DNA of 64,000 nt, taken from NCBI RefSeq assembly GCF_006345805.1, contig NC_043015.1, forward strand, positions 52,638,001 through 52,702,000. Direction: 5' to 3'. Source of the DNA: Octopus sinensis. Its lineage: Eukaryota. Positions 1-13,870 of this stretch are shown piece after piece. Positions within the stretch are counted from its first letter, which is position 1. Each line of letters starts with the position of its first letter. The position numbers were made by a program, and so were the translations under genes. Under the pieces are notes generated by a model. That model did not search any database. It was not told the DNA's origin and saw only the letters and a program-made list of their open reading frames with translations.

Positions 1-1364
1 GCAAAAGTAGTGTTTGCCAGTGGTTTATTAATAGCTCTCAGCCTGCTTCCAGCATGTATGCAATTTGCTATTTTAGGTTCTCCTTTCAGGAAGAAATACT
101 AAAAGAGACACAGAAAGAAAGAGTGTGAAAGAGATGTAGACAGGGGGGGTGCAAAGGAGAGAGAGAGAGCAGTTTGAAGAAGAAAAGAGAGACGGATGAA
201 AAAAATGAGCGAAGAAAATGAAGAAGAAAAAAAAGAGGAGGAAACTGAATCATCATGATGGAATAGTGAATTAATTAGGATTGTAAACATTCTTTCTCAT
301 CTCTGCTTTTCTGTTCAAAGAGAAATCTACTAAGGATCTACTTGAGCTTAGTGGAGTGGTGTAGCATGTTGCGGTGTGGTTTGGGTGTGCGATGGTGCAA
401 TGTGGAGTGGTGTGTGAGAATGGTGCGGAGTGGAGACCACAAAAGACTATCAAAGAAAAACAGAGAGAATGGATGAAACCAGAGGGATAGGAGGGTGGAC
501 GGGGAAGGAGGAAGGAACTATAATTGAGACGGAAGTCAGAGAACTCAGAGGGAAGTCTGCTACTAAACATCTAAGAAGAAAATAGAGTAAAACAAGGAAA
601 CACAGAGACAAACTTCACAGAGAAAACAGTAGACCATTTCCACATATACATATGCATACACATTGAATGTGTATGTGCGTGCACATGCACACACATATAC
701 ATATATTTATAGGATATATATATATTATTTTGTGTTTATCAAATGACAGTGGAGTGTGGCAAGTGGTGAGATGCTATACTGGTCCACACCCATCCAACCC
801 ATGCCAACGTAGAAAGAGACATAAAATGATCTATGATAATTACACACACACATGCACACACAAATGTGCATGGGTGTGTGCGTGTGTGTGTCTGTAAAAA
901 GAGAGATGCCTTTATTTCAAACATGTTATATTAAAGACCCAACTGTGTTTAAGTTTTATCCTTTTTTATCAAGAAATTTTCTTCATTCTTTTACCATCCT
1001 TTATATTTAGTTTGGAACAATAAGCATTCTCAAAACTATTAACACTTTAAGGCCTCCAGTCTCATTATCTGAATGAAATGGAAAATGTATTGGCAAGTAT
1101 TTCGCAGTAGGTCACAAAGAACCAGGAGAATACTGCTATAAATGATAAAATTTTCAAGGTTGGATTTAAAATTATTCAGTGGTTAACTCCTGGTATATTT
1201 TACAACTGCAGTATCTGTACGTTGATTTTTGGTTTGTATTTTGCTATTAATAAAATCTCCATAATTCATCTCTTTATCCTCAATAGAATTCAATATAGAA
1301 GGGTAGTGTTGTCAACAAAAATCTTTTCCATCTAATTATATTATGTGTACTGTATTTTTAACGT

Positions 1365-1700
1365 GTGGTAATAATAGCTCCTGTTGTAAACAAATTGCCA
1401 ATCACTGGAAAAGTATCATACTTGTGTGACGGATATAACAGTCTGAGTCGTGAAGTTCATAACTTTTATACTTTGAGAGGTCATAAGCTCTGGTATTTTG
1501 GACATGGGATTACAATGTCACAGAAAAGAATTGCAAGGTGGATTCTTCAAGCAGAACCATGTAGCAGGAGACCAAGAACGAGATGGTTGGATAGTATCCA
1601 TAGTATCAGCTGGCTGTGCTTGAGAATCCAATCAGAAATTCTAATAACAATTACCTCCGACAGGTCCCTATAGAAGAAGTGCCTGAGGTGGGGTCTACCT
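1365..1700 (+). mobile_element. Decayed LINE (RTE-like) reverse transcriptase C-terminal fragment
   Basis: ORF 1365-1673 contains HKLWYFGHG...RIARWILQAEP...RRPRTRWLDSI. This matches the R-L-x-W-F-G-H...RGRP-x-x-RW-x-D motif at the end of RTE-clade ORFs. Confidence 0.65.
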
Positions 1701-2119
1701 CCATGACTATTGGGCAGAAAAGATAGATGGGTGATATTTACATTGAAATGTGTATTGATTAGACAAAGACAATGTTTATTTATAAATACATATATAAAAG
1801 TGAATGCTTCCAAAAACAAAAAACCCTAACAGTAATCTGCTCTAAGATATCTCTACACTATGTTGTAACTGAGACACAACAAGCTTCAGATATAGATAAA
1901 TCAGGTGAAACTTGCAAGGATACAGTCTATACATCCGGGCTTTTAGTAAAAGTAGACTGTACAGCTGCATGTCAAAGAGTTAGTGCCATGAAAGGCATCT
2001 GGCTGTAAAACATTGCCTTAAGAAATCATCTCCACTCTATGCTAATACAAAAAAGTATAAGTAAAAAGAATAGGTCTGTATTATCACTATTACTAAATAT
2101 TATTACTATTTTGCTTTCA

Positions 2120-2300
2120 CTCAGGTTCAGTCTTATTTTTGGTAGGATTTATGTGGGTAGCAGGTTACTACCTGTAACCTTAAGTATCCACAAGTTTCCA
2201 GCAGTCTTTTAAGTGCTTAGAACCCACCTGATAGTCCTTGCTGTCCTTAACGGGCAAACTTTCTGTAGGAACTCTACTGGACATTCTATTCCAATCTCCA
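2120..2300 (-). mobile_element. 3' relic of a restriction-like-endonuclease (R4/NeSL-type) non-LTR retrotransposon
   Basis: The minus frame reads IGIECPVEFLQKVCPLRTARTIRWVLST*, resembling the C-terminal QK...LGTARI(L/I)R.VL motif. It is flanked by (ATT)n tracts. Confidence 0.45.
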
Positions 2301-3113
2301 TTATTATTATTATTATTACTGTCATCATTTTGGTGCATGTGTGTATTTTGATAACATATGTATATACTTATTTATAATTATATATGCCCGACCACAAGTG
2401 CACTGAGTGTAATTTCCCCATACACACAGTCTCAAAGCCACCTTCCTCTGACTGGATGTAATTGGATGGTGGATGGGGTTATCAAAAGGAGTTAGTTAAG
2501 AAAGGAGAGACTGTATGTAAGTCATTCACATATGTATGCTACTTTCTGCATAATGAACAATCAACAATGCCAACCCACTTATTTTATTAATCACCAACAC
2601 CACCACCACCGACATTATTGCAACACCCTCACCATCACCACCAACACAGCTATTAATACCACCTGCAACACCACCACCAACTTTCACTTTGCCACAAGTA
2701 TTATATCAACCAAGTATTGATGATGCCATAAACTCAACCTTGTGATACAGCAGTGGTGACGAGGGATGTGTGAATAATTACGAGGGGGAGAGAGACAGAG
2801 ACAGAAAAAGGGAGAGAGAGAGAGAAAGAAAGAGAGAGAAGAGGAAGTGACCAGGTTTGTACGAGACTAGTAGGAAGATGGGTAGATTGAGAGAGATAGA
2901 GAAACAGACAGACAAGAACAAGTTTTGTGGCTAATCCCTTGTGCAGTTAAGCTAAGCTTTCCACTAAGCAGGTCAATGTCTCTCTCTGTTTCTCTCTCTC
3001 TCTCTCTCACACACACCCTTTGCAGATGGTGCTAATCCCTCAGACACTACTACCACTACCACTTAAAAGCAACACCACCACTAGTATTACTACCGCTACT
3101 ACTACTATTACTA

Positions 3114-3153
<40 letters not shown>

Positions 3154-4124
3154 ACACACCACCGCTTTGAATATCTACTAGTCACAACTACAAAACATTA
3201 AGCTATATAGATTAAAAAAAAAAACTAACAAAGCACACATTTCAGGAGGAAAGCTATTGCAATTACAACTGTTCATTAATATTAACAACAGGAAAAGGGT
3301 GCATAAACAACGTACATGTGCTTTATACATACATACACACCGAGTCATTATGACATCCTTGCGCAATATATAAATATGTATAACTTTAATTCTCCACATG
3401 GTAGAATTAATCTGTGAAAAGGATCAGTGAGAAAATATTTACTGATTCTTAGATAGATTTATTCTTCAGATTGTTAGTTTTCAATGTGCCCACCATTATG
3501 AATACAAATTCTGATGTAATGCAAAAATTTTAGAAATACATTTTGTAGTGGATATTTTCATTAATCCTCTGAATCACATTAATTATCCAAAACACCTACG
3601 ACATCTATAGCACAAGTATTGGTTGAATGAAGAATGGTGTCTGCATGAAGCTCATAAAAATGAAATACAATAGACTCAAATTTGAAGATTTCAGAAGCTT
3701 CTCTTTCAATTCATCTATTAAAGGAGAATTTTTCATTCAGAAATTCCATTTCTCTGAGTTCAAAAAGAGAAGGTGCAGAAACACTAAAATCCATGATCAG
3801 TTCTAATTGGGTGAATTCTAAAAATCTTTCCAAGCGCATAAGGATGTTACTGTACATAAACATACAAAGTCCACTGCAGTGGCATTGCATTGAGAAATAA
3901 GAAGGAATACCTCTAAGCATTCTGCTCAGTATGTCAATGGTTTTGCTAGCTCACTTCATGTAATAACAACAACTTCTGATTTAGGTCAAAGACTAGTAAT
4001 TTTGAGTGGGGGGGGGTCAGTCAATACCACTGACACAAGTACAGAATGGGAACAAATGCTGCAAGACACTTTTCCGAGTACTCTAACAATTGCACCAGTT
4101 TATCACTTAATAATAATAATAATC

Positions 4125-4795
4125 GTTTCTACTATAGGCACAAGGCCTGAAATTGGGGGAGTGGGATAGTCAATTGCATTGACCCCAGTACGTGACTGAT
4201 AATTTTCTCATCAACCTCGAAAGGATGAAAGGTGAAGTCAAACTCAGTGGAATTTGAACTCAGAACATAAGGATTGTTGAACTCAGAACATAAGGATTGA
4301 TGAAATGCCACTAAGCATATCAACCAGCATGCTAACGATTCTGCCAGCTTGCCACCTTAGTAATAATAATAATAGTAAAATTTTTGCCGGAAGGGCAGCT
4401 TGTGGTATGGTTGGGGATGAGTTTCACTCGTACTTAATTCATCATCCCTGAAAGGATTGAAGGTAAGACGACCTCGGCAGAATTGGAACTCAGTCCATAG
4501 TGACGGGTGAAATACTGCTAAGCATTTCGTCCAGCGTGTTAACTATTCAACCAGCTCGACACCTTAGTAATAATAATAATAATGATAATACACAAAGCCA
4601 GCAATTTTGAGGGAAGGGTGATAGTCAATTACATCAACCCTGATCCACCCCAGTACTTCACTGGTACTTTATTTTATCAGCACAAAAATGATGAAAAGCT
4701 AAGTTGACCTTGGTGGGCTTTGAACTCAAGATGTAATTGGCCTAAACTAAATACCACAAGATATTTTGTCTGATGCTTTAACAACTCTGCCAGTC
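4125..4795 (-). mobile_element. Cluster of three tRNA-derived SINE copies (family B) separated by (AAT)n
   Basis: Repeated blocks gaccccagtac...gaaaggatgaaaggcaaagtcgacc...ggaatttgaactcag...ctgccagct..cgcctt, the reverse complement of the copy at 52205. Confidence 0.8.
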
Positions 4796-5788
4796 AATAA
4801 TAGCTGTAAGCAACGCAATGCCTAATAATACTTTATACTGATAATGAGATAATTGGTTTGCTACTGTTAACAGACATTGTTGTTGTTACTGTCACCGCTG
4901 CTCTTTAATAAGCAATTTAAATAACCTTCACTTAATTAAAAGCTTCAAACACTTAGGATTATCAACAAAACTGTGTCATTTTACAACAGCAACAATAACT
5001 AGAATGAAACTCAGAAAGCTGGTTTAGCGACACATGCTCGCACACAGATAAGAGAGGGAAGGGAGAAGAGAGAAGAGGGAGAGAGAGAGAGAGAACAACT
5101 GATTAAGAAACAGAGAAAGAGGGGTAATCATAGTCATGGCTAAGAAGTTTGTTTCACAGTCTTGTGCATCAGAGATCAGTCTCAATGTGCAGTTCCCTGG
5201 GCATGTGACTTCCACTGTACTCACAGGGTGACCAATGCCTTTAGGAATGAGAATTGGTAGACAGAAATTGCGCAGAATGAATTCACAAAACATGCAAATA
5301 CGTAAGCATGTGTGTGTGTATGTATGGGTGCATGTTTGTGTAATACCACACAGACATGCCTGTGTCAGTATATGTATCTATCTGTTGTTGTGTGGCAAGA
5401 AGTCTGCTTCTAAACCACATGGTTTCAAGTTCAGTCCCACAGCATTACATCATGGACAAATGTTTTCCATTGTAACTTCGAGCCAACCAAAACCTTGTGT
5501 ATGGATTTGGGAAAAGAAACTGAGAGAAGCCTGTCTTATATATCATTGCAATTATGTTAAACAGTCGTATGTCCAAATTTGGCCAAATGGGTTTTTTTTC
5601 AATATATACATTTGTTTGCAATAGCCCTTTCTTTTGGTCAAACTATCATATCTCCAGGTGTTTCAGATGCCATGATATCAAAAATTGTCAAAGTGTAGTA
5701 CAACGGTTTTGCTATGGAATGGTGAAACAAGTTTTTTGTTTTCTGAAAAAACATTTCTGACTTCCGAAACTTTTGCATAATAGCAACG

Positions 5789-5844
<56 letters not shown>

Positions 5845-7757
5845 ATACACACACACACACATGTAAATATGAATGTTAGTGTGGAAGCTGGGTAGATGCC
5901 CACCAAAAGCAAAGAACCATCCTTACTTTTGGGTGCTAGACATACTCTCCTGCTCAGTCTAACACCAGCACTCTTGGCCCTTAATTGTTTCCAGCAGAGT
6001 ACACTTCAGTTACAAGGCCAGAGAAAAGGCTCATGGGCACTGCTGCACCTCCAACAACCAAGCTATCATACACACACACATATATGTGTGTAGAGCAAGG
6101 TGGCCAAATAAAGGCCATATCGTTGGACGTAACAACTGTTCCTACACAGAAATGTATAGACATTACGGTACGGAAAAGGACAAGTTCATTAGCAACCATC
6201 TTGATACTGAATTAACACACACACAAGCTCTGGGCAATTTTATTTAGTTGAAGTCAATATACTCTTGAAGTTACTCGGTGCATGAGGTTTCCGGATATAT
6301 TTCTGATTATTTATATAAAAGGAATAATTTTTCCATGTGGAGGTGGGGATCGTTGGTTGGCAGTGGTAAAAGGATATTCTAGCAAATGACTTCACCTTCT
6401 TTACTCATCTGTTTCTGTTGTGTAAATATGCCTGTTCTTGTATGTGTGCATGTGTATACACATACACACGCGTGTATGCATTGAAGTATTTCTGTGTGTG
6501 TGTGTGTGTGTGTGTGGATGAATGTGTGTATAAGTTTTTTACTGAACATAAAAATGAGGGACCATAACTAAAAAATTCGTACTGACACACACAAACTCAA
6601 GTACACACCCACTATCAATATTAGCTAAAGAAACACAAGACCAGGATGTTAAAAATGCAGATATACACAGACACAAAACACACACAAACACATGCAGATA
6701 CACACACACACACACACACAAACAGATACAGACACACAGGTCACAAGACAAACATGCACAGAGATTAGATCACTGAACAAGAGCTGAATATGTACTTGAA
6801 ACTAAATCTATAACCCAATCCTATAAACAAGTAGCTCTAAAAAAGCCTACAGACCACCACCCACATATTTAGTCCTCGTATCAACCATCGCTAGCACCAC
6901 CCCAAAAGCAGAACAACTTCACTGGAGTCATTTGTAAGTTGGCCAGATAGAAAAAGGAGATGCTACTTATGATATCATTCCATAGGTTATTACTTTAAAT
7001 TGAAATAATTGGTGTGAGCTGATGTATACGTTTATGTTTGTGTGTGTACATGTCTGGGTGTATGTGTATGTTCGACACTTGAGAAGACTACACTAGCTCA
7101 TAGAAACTAACTGAGCTGTTCTCGGGTGGACTGGTTCAACAGTAAGAGCCTTGTGAATTAAGCACAGGACCTACTTACATGGCAAAGCTGAATATAATGT
7201 TTATCAAGTATGTATGTGTGTGTGTAACATGAGAGAGACAGACAGAGATAATGTCATATATATATATATATACATACATACATACATATACACACATATA
7301 TATATATATATATATATCAGTTAAGGAGGTTTTGCGATTCAAAGTAATGTGAATTCAAAGATGGTGAGTGAAGAGCCTCAGCTCTCACACACATACACAC
7401 ACACACACACACAGGTGGTGGCAATAGTGGGGCAGTTGACAGTGATTAAAACAGGTTAAAGAAGAAAAAAGGATAAGAAGGATATTGTTGAGGGGAGGGG
7501 GAGGGGATAACGTATATAGTTAAAGGCGAATGAGAGGAAGCGTGTGATAAATAAAGATAACACACACACATTAACAGATATGGGGTGGTGAGGAAGAAGT
7601 AGAGAGAGAGAGTGAAAAAGATTATTATCAAAACAGTATTGTCTTTGTATTGTCCCCCCTCCTATCCTCTACCCTTGTGGCAAATAAATGAAATCATTAT
7701 TATCAAAATAGTAGGAATAGATAGATATGACTGTTAAAGTATATGTTTTATATATAT

Positions 7758-7791
<34 letters not shown>

Positions 7792-7929
7792 ATATGGCAG
7801 GCTTCTTTTAGTTTCCTGTCTTCCAAATCTACTCACAAGGCTTTGGTAGGCCTGAGACTATAGTAGAAGGCACTCGCCAAAGGTACCTGGGCAAGTGTCT
7901 TCTACTATAGTCTCAGGTTGACAAAAGCC

Positions 7930-7962
<33 letters not shown>

Positions 7963-8021
7963 TGTGTGTTACTCCTTCAAAACAGGTGTTATGCTTAAAT
8001 TAGTTATTTGTCGGATTTTTT

Positions 8022-8378
8022 CGGTTTGAACGGCAGTTTTTAACATAATTTCTAGGTAACTAAAAAATTTTAAACTTCGTATACTGGTAGAATGTGTTTA
8101 TAAAACATCTTTTTCTCTTGGCTTTATTGAGAAAATTCTATAGTGTGTAAGATATTTGTTGTTTTTTTTTCTTCAATTTCTGCAACTTCAACCAATCACT
8201 GACGTCTATTGAGGTAAAAAAAAACATTCTGTGCCGTATGAATATGTGAAGAAAAAAAGATAACCTTCCCCCACCCCTAACCCTAAAACAGATTGAAATG
8301 CAATAGATCGATACTAGGGTCATAATTATGGGTGGCAATTTCATATGACACCGCTAGAAAAAACTGCTGTTCAAACCG
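8022..8378. mobile_element. MITE with 20-bp terminal inverted repeats, inserted among SINE fragments
   Basis: CGGTTTGAACGGCAGTTTTT (8022-8041) pairs with AAAAACTGCTGTTCAAACCG (8359-8378), 1 mismatch. No ORF. Confidence 0.8.
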
Positions 8379-8856
8379 GGAGACTGATGGAAAAAGTACC
8401 TGGCTGAAGAGAAAAAAAAAAGAAAATAAGTACTCGGGTAAATTTCTTCAAGCTGGTGCCCCAGTATGGCCATAGTCTAATGACTGAAATGCATAAAACA
8501 TATACCCATATAAATGCATATATATGTGTGTGAGTTACCTATATTATGATATATATGTAAGAAAATAAATTATGTAATATATAATATATATGCTCGCTTA
8601 TACATACATATCGAGGGAGGGGGCTAGAAAGAGAGAGAGATAAAGGAAGAGAGAGTAGTAAGAATTATACTTAAATCCCTTGTTTAATAATTAAACAATA
8701 TTCAGTTGGGTTTTAATTTTAAAATTGAAATTTCAAAATAGTACGTGGCTCAAATTAAAAGGGAGAGAAAAATTTGTTTTTAAAATAAAAAAAATTAAAA
8801 ATAGCGTACTTAGTTGAAAAAAATAAACGTAATTGCAACTATATTTAATCATTGAA

Positions 8857-8936
8857 CCCAATCTAGCCAACAATCGCCATAGAGAAGCAGACGACATGTT
8901 AGGAATGCAGTGAATAGCAATCTGGAAGACGATTGG
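8857..8936. promoter_or_regulatory. Composite motif, copy 1 (AGAAGCAGACGACA-N9-TGCAGTGAATA-N13-CGATTGG)
   Basis: Same blocks and spacing as copy 2 at 11571-11624. Includes an inverted CCAAT box in a CpG-rich context. Confidence 0.55.
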
Positions 8937-9678
8937 CCCAGAATGTATTTTCTCTCCCCCTCCCCTACACACTTCTCGTCGCCATGACTGAATTAGATAA
9001 ACATCTTTCAGCGATAAGGCGTCGAAATTGTGAAATTATCGATTAAGGCGAAGAAATTCTCAAAAGATTTTAGGTCGATAAATGATGAGGGATGAACGTC
9101 CTTTGTGTGTATGTGTTTTCCGAGTGTACAACGTCGTCCCGCTGTGCCACATTTTACCATCTCTCTCTCTATATATAGGAGCTTTATTGCTACGAATGAA
9201 GGGCATGGCATGTCTTAGACGGGGATTAAAAATGAAAAGTGTCATTGTTTTTATTCATTTAGGCGGACCTGATGAACATTTATTCATTTCGGCTATGCAG
9301 CTGCGGTCATGCTGGAGCACGGAAGGGGTTTAAGGCTGTAGATAAAAACTGCCTGCATACACATACATATACGTTCTGAGTTCAAATTCAGCTGAGGCTG
9401 ACTCTACTTTTCATCCTTTTGATATCAAAATAAAGTTGAGCATAACCGAAAAGCCCCATGGACACCTCTCCACAAAATTTCAGGATTTGCCCCTACAGTA
9501 GGAAGAAAACACACACGTAATGTGCCAGTGCGTGCATGTATGTATATGTGTGTGTTTCGCACCAGAGCACTATACACAACAATTTCATGGTGATTATTAT
9601 TATTATTATTATATCGTTGGTAACACATAAATCCGAAATAGAAGCATATTCTAAGTTATAGAGCGGTAGATGACAAAG

Positions 9679-9735
<57 letters not shown>

Positions 9736-10059
9736 ACACATGCATGCATATATTAAGTACGTTTACGTACATGCGTGTGTATATTAGTCCACTGGTGTCT
9801 TTTCACAGTAGCCATGCATGGGCACATTGTATGCATTTGTGTACGTATGTATGTACATATTAGCATACGTACGTACATACATACATGCATTCATTTATAC
9901 TTACATACGCATACAGTAGAAGTGGATTTAACCAACATTTAAAAATATAAAAAATAAAAATAAGCCCCACTTTTTTTGTTCTGGTTCTTCCATGTTACAT
10001 CATTTCAATAAACATTATTCGCAGCTCAAATATTCAGATATTAATTTAGACACACACAC

Positions 10060-10460
10060 ACACACACGTATATATGTATGTTTCTATGTATGTGTGTGTG
10101 TATGTATGTGCATGGATGTAGGCGTGTATGTATGTACATATGCATGCGTTTATGTACGTATGCATGCATGTGCGTATGCATGTGTGTATGTGCGTATACA
10201 TACGTTTATGTACGTATGTATTCGTTTATATACGTAAGCATGTGTGTATGTACGTATGCAAGTGCGTAGGTACGTATGCGTGTATATACGTATGCAAGTG
10301 TGTATATATGTATGCGTGTATGCATATATGTACGTATGCATGCCTGTATGTACGTATGCATGTCTATATACGTATGCATGCGTCTATGTATGGTCGAATA
10401 TGCATGTATGTACGTACGTACGCATGTATGTATGCATGCACGTATGTGTGTGTAGCATGC
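10060..10460. repeat. Degenerate TACGTATGCA/TGTA compound microsatellite retaining CpG
   Basis: Many tacgtatgca/tgtacgtatg units. Confidence 0.85.
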
Positions 10461-11232
10461 ATTATGAGGTTTACCTGTGTTTATTGAGTGCAGAAATATA
10501 TTATAAACCACACTAATTCACCGGAAGAAGCACGAACAGGTAGAAGCCAACCCAACACCTTCCATTAATTGTTAATTTTGTTAATTCTACACATCAGTTA
10601 ATCATAAACCCCTTCCTGACTCCAAACCTTAAAATCAATTCTTGCATATTTGTTTTATTACAATTTTCCCAGAAATTCTAATTTCCAATGTTTTAAAATA
10701 TTGAAACGAGAAGAAATTGTCTTAAAAAAAAAAAAAATGTTGAAAATACCAAAATGACAAAATGGGTGGAATATAGCTTTAATTTGGGGTATTGCGACCG
10801 TGTAGGGGGTGTGCATATATTTAAACATCTATACACACATACACTTATATATGCTTCATATATACACACATCTATATATGCTTCATATATACACACATAC
10901 ATCTATATATGCTTCATATATATACACATATATATGTATTAGTGCACACACACACACACATATATATATGTATATATATGACATACACACATGCATTTAT
11001 ATATATATGACTTGTCTTATATATACACACACATATATATATATCATATAACACACATATACATGTGTTTCCATTATGCAATACATATACAGACGCAAAT
11101 ATAAATATAAACACATTTATATCCATGTATTTATATACATACATGTATTTGTACACACACACACACACATATACACACATATATATATATATATATATAT
11201 ATGCGCACATCTCTTCCTTCCTTCCTTCCTTC

Positions 11233-11303
<71 letters not shown>

Positions 11304-11551
11304 GCATAACTGTTTATATAAATGTATGCATTACACATACACACACGCACACACACACAGGATTGTCTCCAGTCACTATAAACTTAGTAATAACTCGATA
11401 TATTATTATTAAACACGGTTCTTACCCTCAAAAATCGAAATTGAATTTCTAAAGAAGCGAACAGCTCAAACTTTCGTTAGCAAAAAACAAAAAAAAATGG
11501 AAGAAAGAGCGAGGAAAACCAGCCAAATTCTTAAAAAGCATCTTCATGTTG

Positions 11552-11624
11552 CCCTAATCTGGCCTCAAACAGAAGCAGACGACAGGATATGTCTGCAGTG
11601 AATACTTCTACGCAACGCGATTGG
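11552..11624. promoter_or_regulatory. Composite motif, copy 2
   Basis: AGAAGCAGACGACA 11571-11584, TGCAGTGAATA 11594-11604, CGATTGG 11618-11624. Preceded by AATCTGGCC (AATCTAGCC in copy 1). Confidence 0.55.
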
Positions 11625-12291
11625 TTGTCGTCATTTACATCCCTACAGCTTGACTACGTTTTTATGAATAAATATATAAATGCTCTTTTCTTTTTGAGGA
11701 GACCAATATTTTGCTGCTTAGTTTTCGAAAAAAAAAAAAACTAAATTTATTAAATACTGATAGGAATAGATTAAAACAAAAAAAAAAAGGCATTATATAT
11801 CATTCGAAAAATAATGTAACATGGCTTCCTTCTTCCTCCCCCGTTTCTTTTGATTTTCCATTTTGTTGCGCTTAAATAAAGACTAGTTGGATTTTTAAAC
11901 ATTTAAGACGTTGTAATTTATAAAAGAAAATAGATTTTCTCTCAAAGAAAGTCAATGCAAAATCAATTTGCTATTTATGTATGCGAGCTCGTAAAATGCT
12001 TAGCGAGGCATTACCGAGGGCGAATTTGTCTTTCAACGTTTCAGGGGCCGACAAAATAAAGCAACCAGTTGAATACTGGGTGTTGATGTGACGGACTAGT
12101 TTCCTCCATCCCAAAACATCAGGCCTTGTATTGTTAAATTTTCACTTATTAGAAAATGTCCACCTTACTGAAAAAAAAAACAAAAAGAAAAGGGAAGAGG
12201 GGGGGGAGCTCTGTGCAAAATTTCAACTCCTTCAATGAAAAACCGTGAAGTATAACTTGGGACAGACACGTACGTCTGTATACATACATAC

Positions 12292-12354
<63 letters not shown>

Positions 12355-12416
12355 CACGTATGTATGTATATATATATATATATATATACACATACACACA
12401 CATGTATCTGTGTGTG

Positions 12417-12454
<38 letters not shown>

Positions 12455-12638
12455 ACACATGTATCTGTGTGTATATATATATATATATGTGTGTACATGT
12501 GTGAGTTTTATTATAGATGTATGAATGTATGTATTTGTGTAAATAAGTATACATCTATAAATATATGTATGCGTGTGTGTGTGTGTGTATAAATGCATGA
12601 GCATGTGTATATATATATATGTGTGTTGATAGATAGAT

Positions 12639-12670
<32 letters not shown>

Positions 12671-13039
12671 GGGGAGAGAGAGAGAGGTGAGAAGCAGAGA
12701 AATGATGGAGAGATATAAGAAGAATAATGGCTAACGTAGTGGTATTGACAATGGTGGCGGGGGGCAAGCAGTCGCCGGCTTTAAAAATCGGTAACGAGCG
12801 CAGTTATCCAACGAAAAGCATTAAAATCAAAGGAGATTTCGGATTTTATTCAATTGGCTGGCTGCTTTTCACTGACATGACATTGCCAACATTGGTGGTG
12901 GGTGAGGGTTATTTCAAGAACTTGCGAGACCGAAAGGAAAGCATCCAAGAGAAACGAGTCTCGCCAAATAGATTTAATTATTCAATGAATTCAAGCCAAA
13001 CCGATTTCAAGAGGCTTAATGTGTCCAGAGTTTTGTGAG

Positions 13040-13120
13040 AAAGAGAAAGAAACAAAATGAGAATGATAAAGAGAGATAGAGAGAGGTGCATGAGAGAAAG
13101 AGAGACAAGGGGAGAAGCAG

Positions 13121-13160
<40 letters not shown>

Positions 13161-13870
13161 GAAGCTAGATAGATAGAGAGAGAGGAATCTAGATAGATAG
13201 AGAGAGAGGAAGCTAGATAGAGAGAGAGAGAGAGAGAGGAAGCTAGATAGATAGAGAGAGAGAGAGAGAGATAGGAGGCTCAGAGAACGAAAGAAAGATA
13301 GAGACGGATTAATGAGAGAAGAGTCAGTGAAGTAGAGAGAGGAAGATAGATAGAGAGAAAGAGATAGATAGATAGATAGATAGATAGGAGACTCAGAGAG
13401 AACGAAAGAAAGATAGAGAGAGAGAGGGATTAATGAGAGAAGAGTCAGTGAAGTAGATAAAGAGAGGTGTATGAGAGTTAGAATGAGGAAGGCAGAATAG
13501 AAAGAGGGGGTGAATGCAAAAGGAAACACAAAGAGAGAACGACAAGGTGAGAAAGAGAGAGAGGGGTGAGTGACAGAAGAGAAACTAAGGGAGAATGAGA
13601 GATGAGTAAAAAAGAGAGATAGGGGGAAGCAAAGAGAACATGGAAGACAGACAGAGAGGGGGATAACTGAAAGAGAAAGAGAAATAGTAAGAGAGAATGA
13701 CACAAAAAGAGGATGAAAGGAGCAGTTAGATAAAGAGAAGGAGAGAAACAGGCATAGAAGGAGGAGGAAAGAGAACGTGAGACAGATATAGAGCGAGGGT
13801 TGACTGAGGGAGGGAAAGAGAAAGAGACAAAGAAAGAATGAGAATGGGAGACAGATAAAGAGAGAAGGTT
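13040..13870. repeat. Purine-rich (AG)n/(AGAT)n low-complexity tract
   Basis: Long GA/GATA repeats with an internal duplication (ttaatgagagaagagtcagtgaagtaga twice). Confidence 0.9.

Noticed and set aside
3400-3920. Possible decayed DNA transposase fragment
   Set aside because: Only vague similarity; no motif I can support without a database search.
8395-8430. Recursive-splice-like polyY-CAG|GTAC on the minus strand
   Set aside because: It lies in a SINE-derived poly-A stretch and the donor is weak.
12727-12745. ORF start MANVV resembles the Drosophila Mbl N-terminus
   Set aside because: Wrong strand and no further similarity; coincidence.
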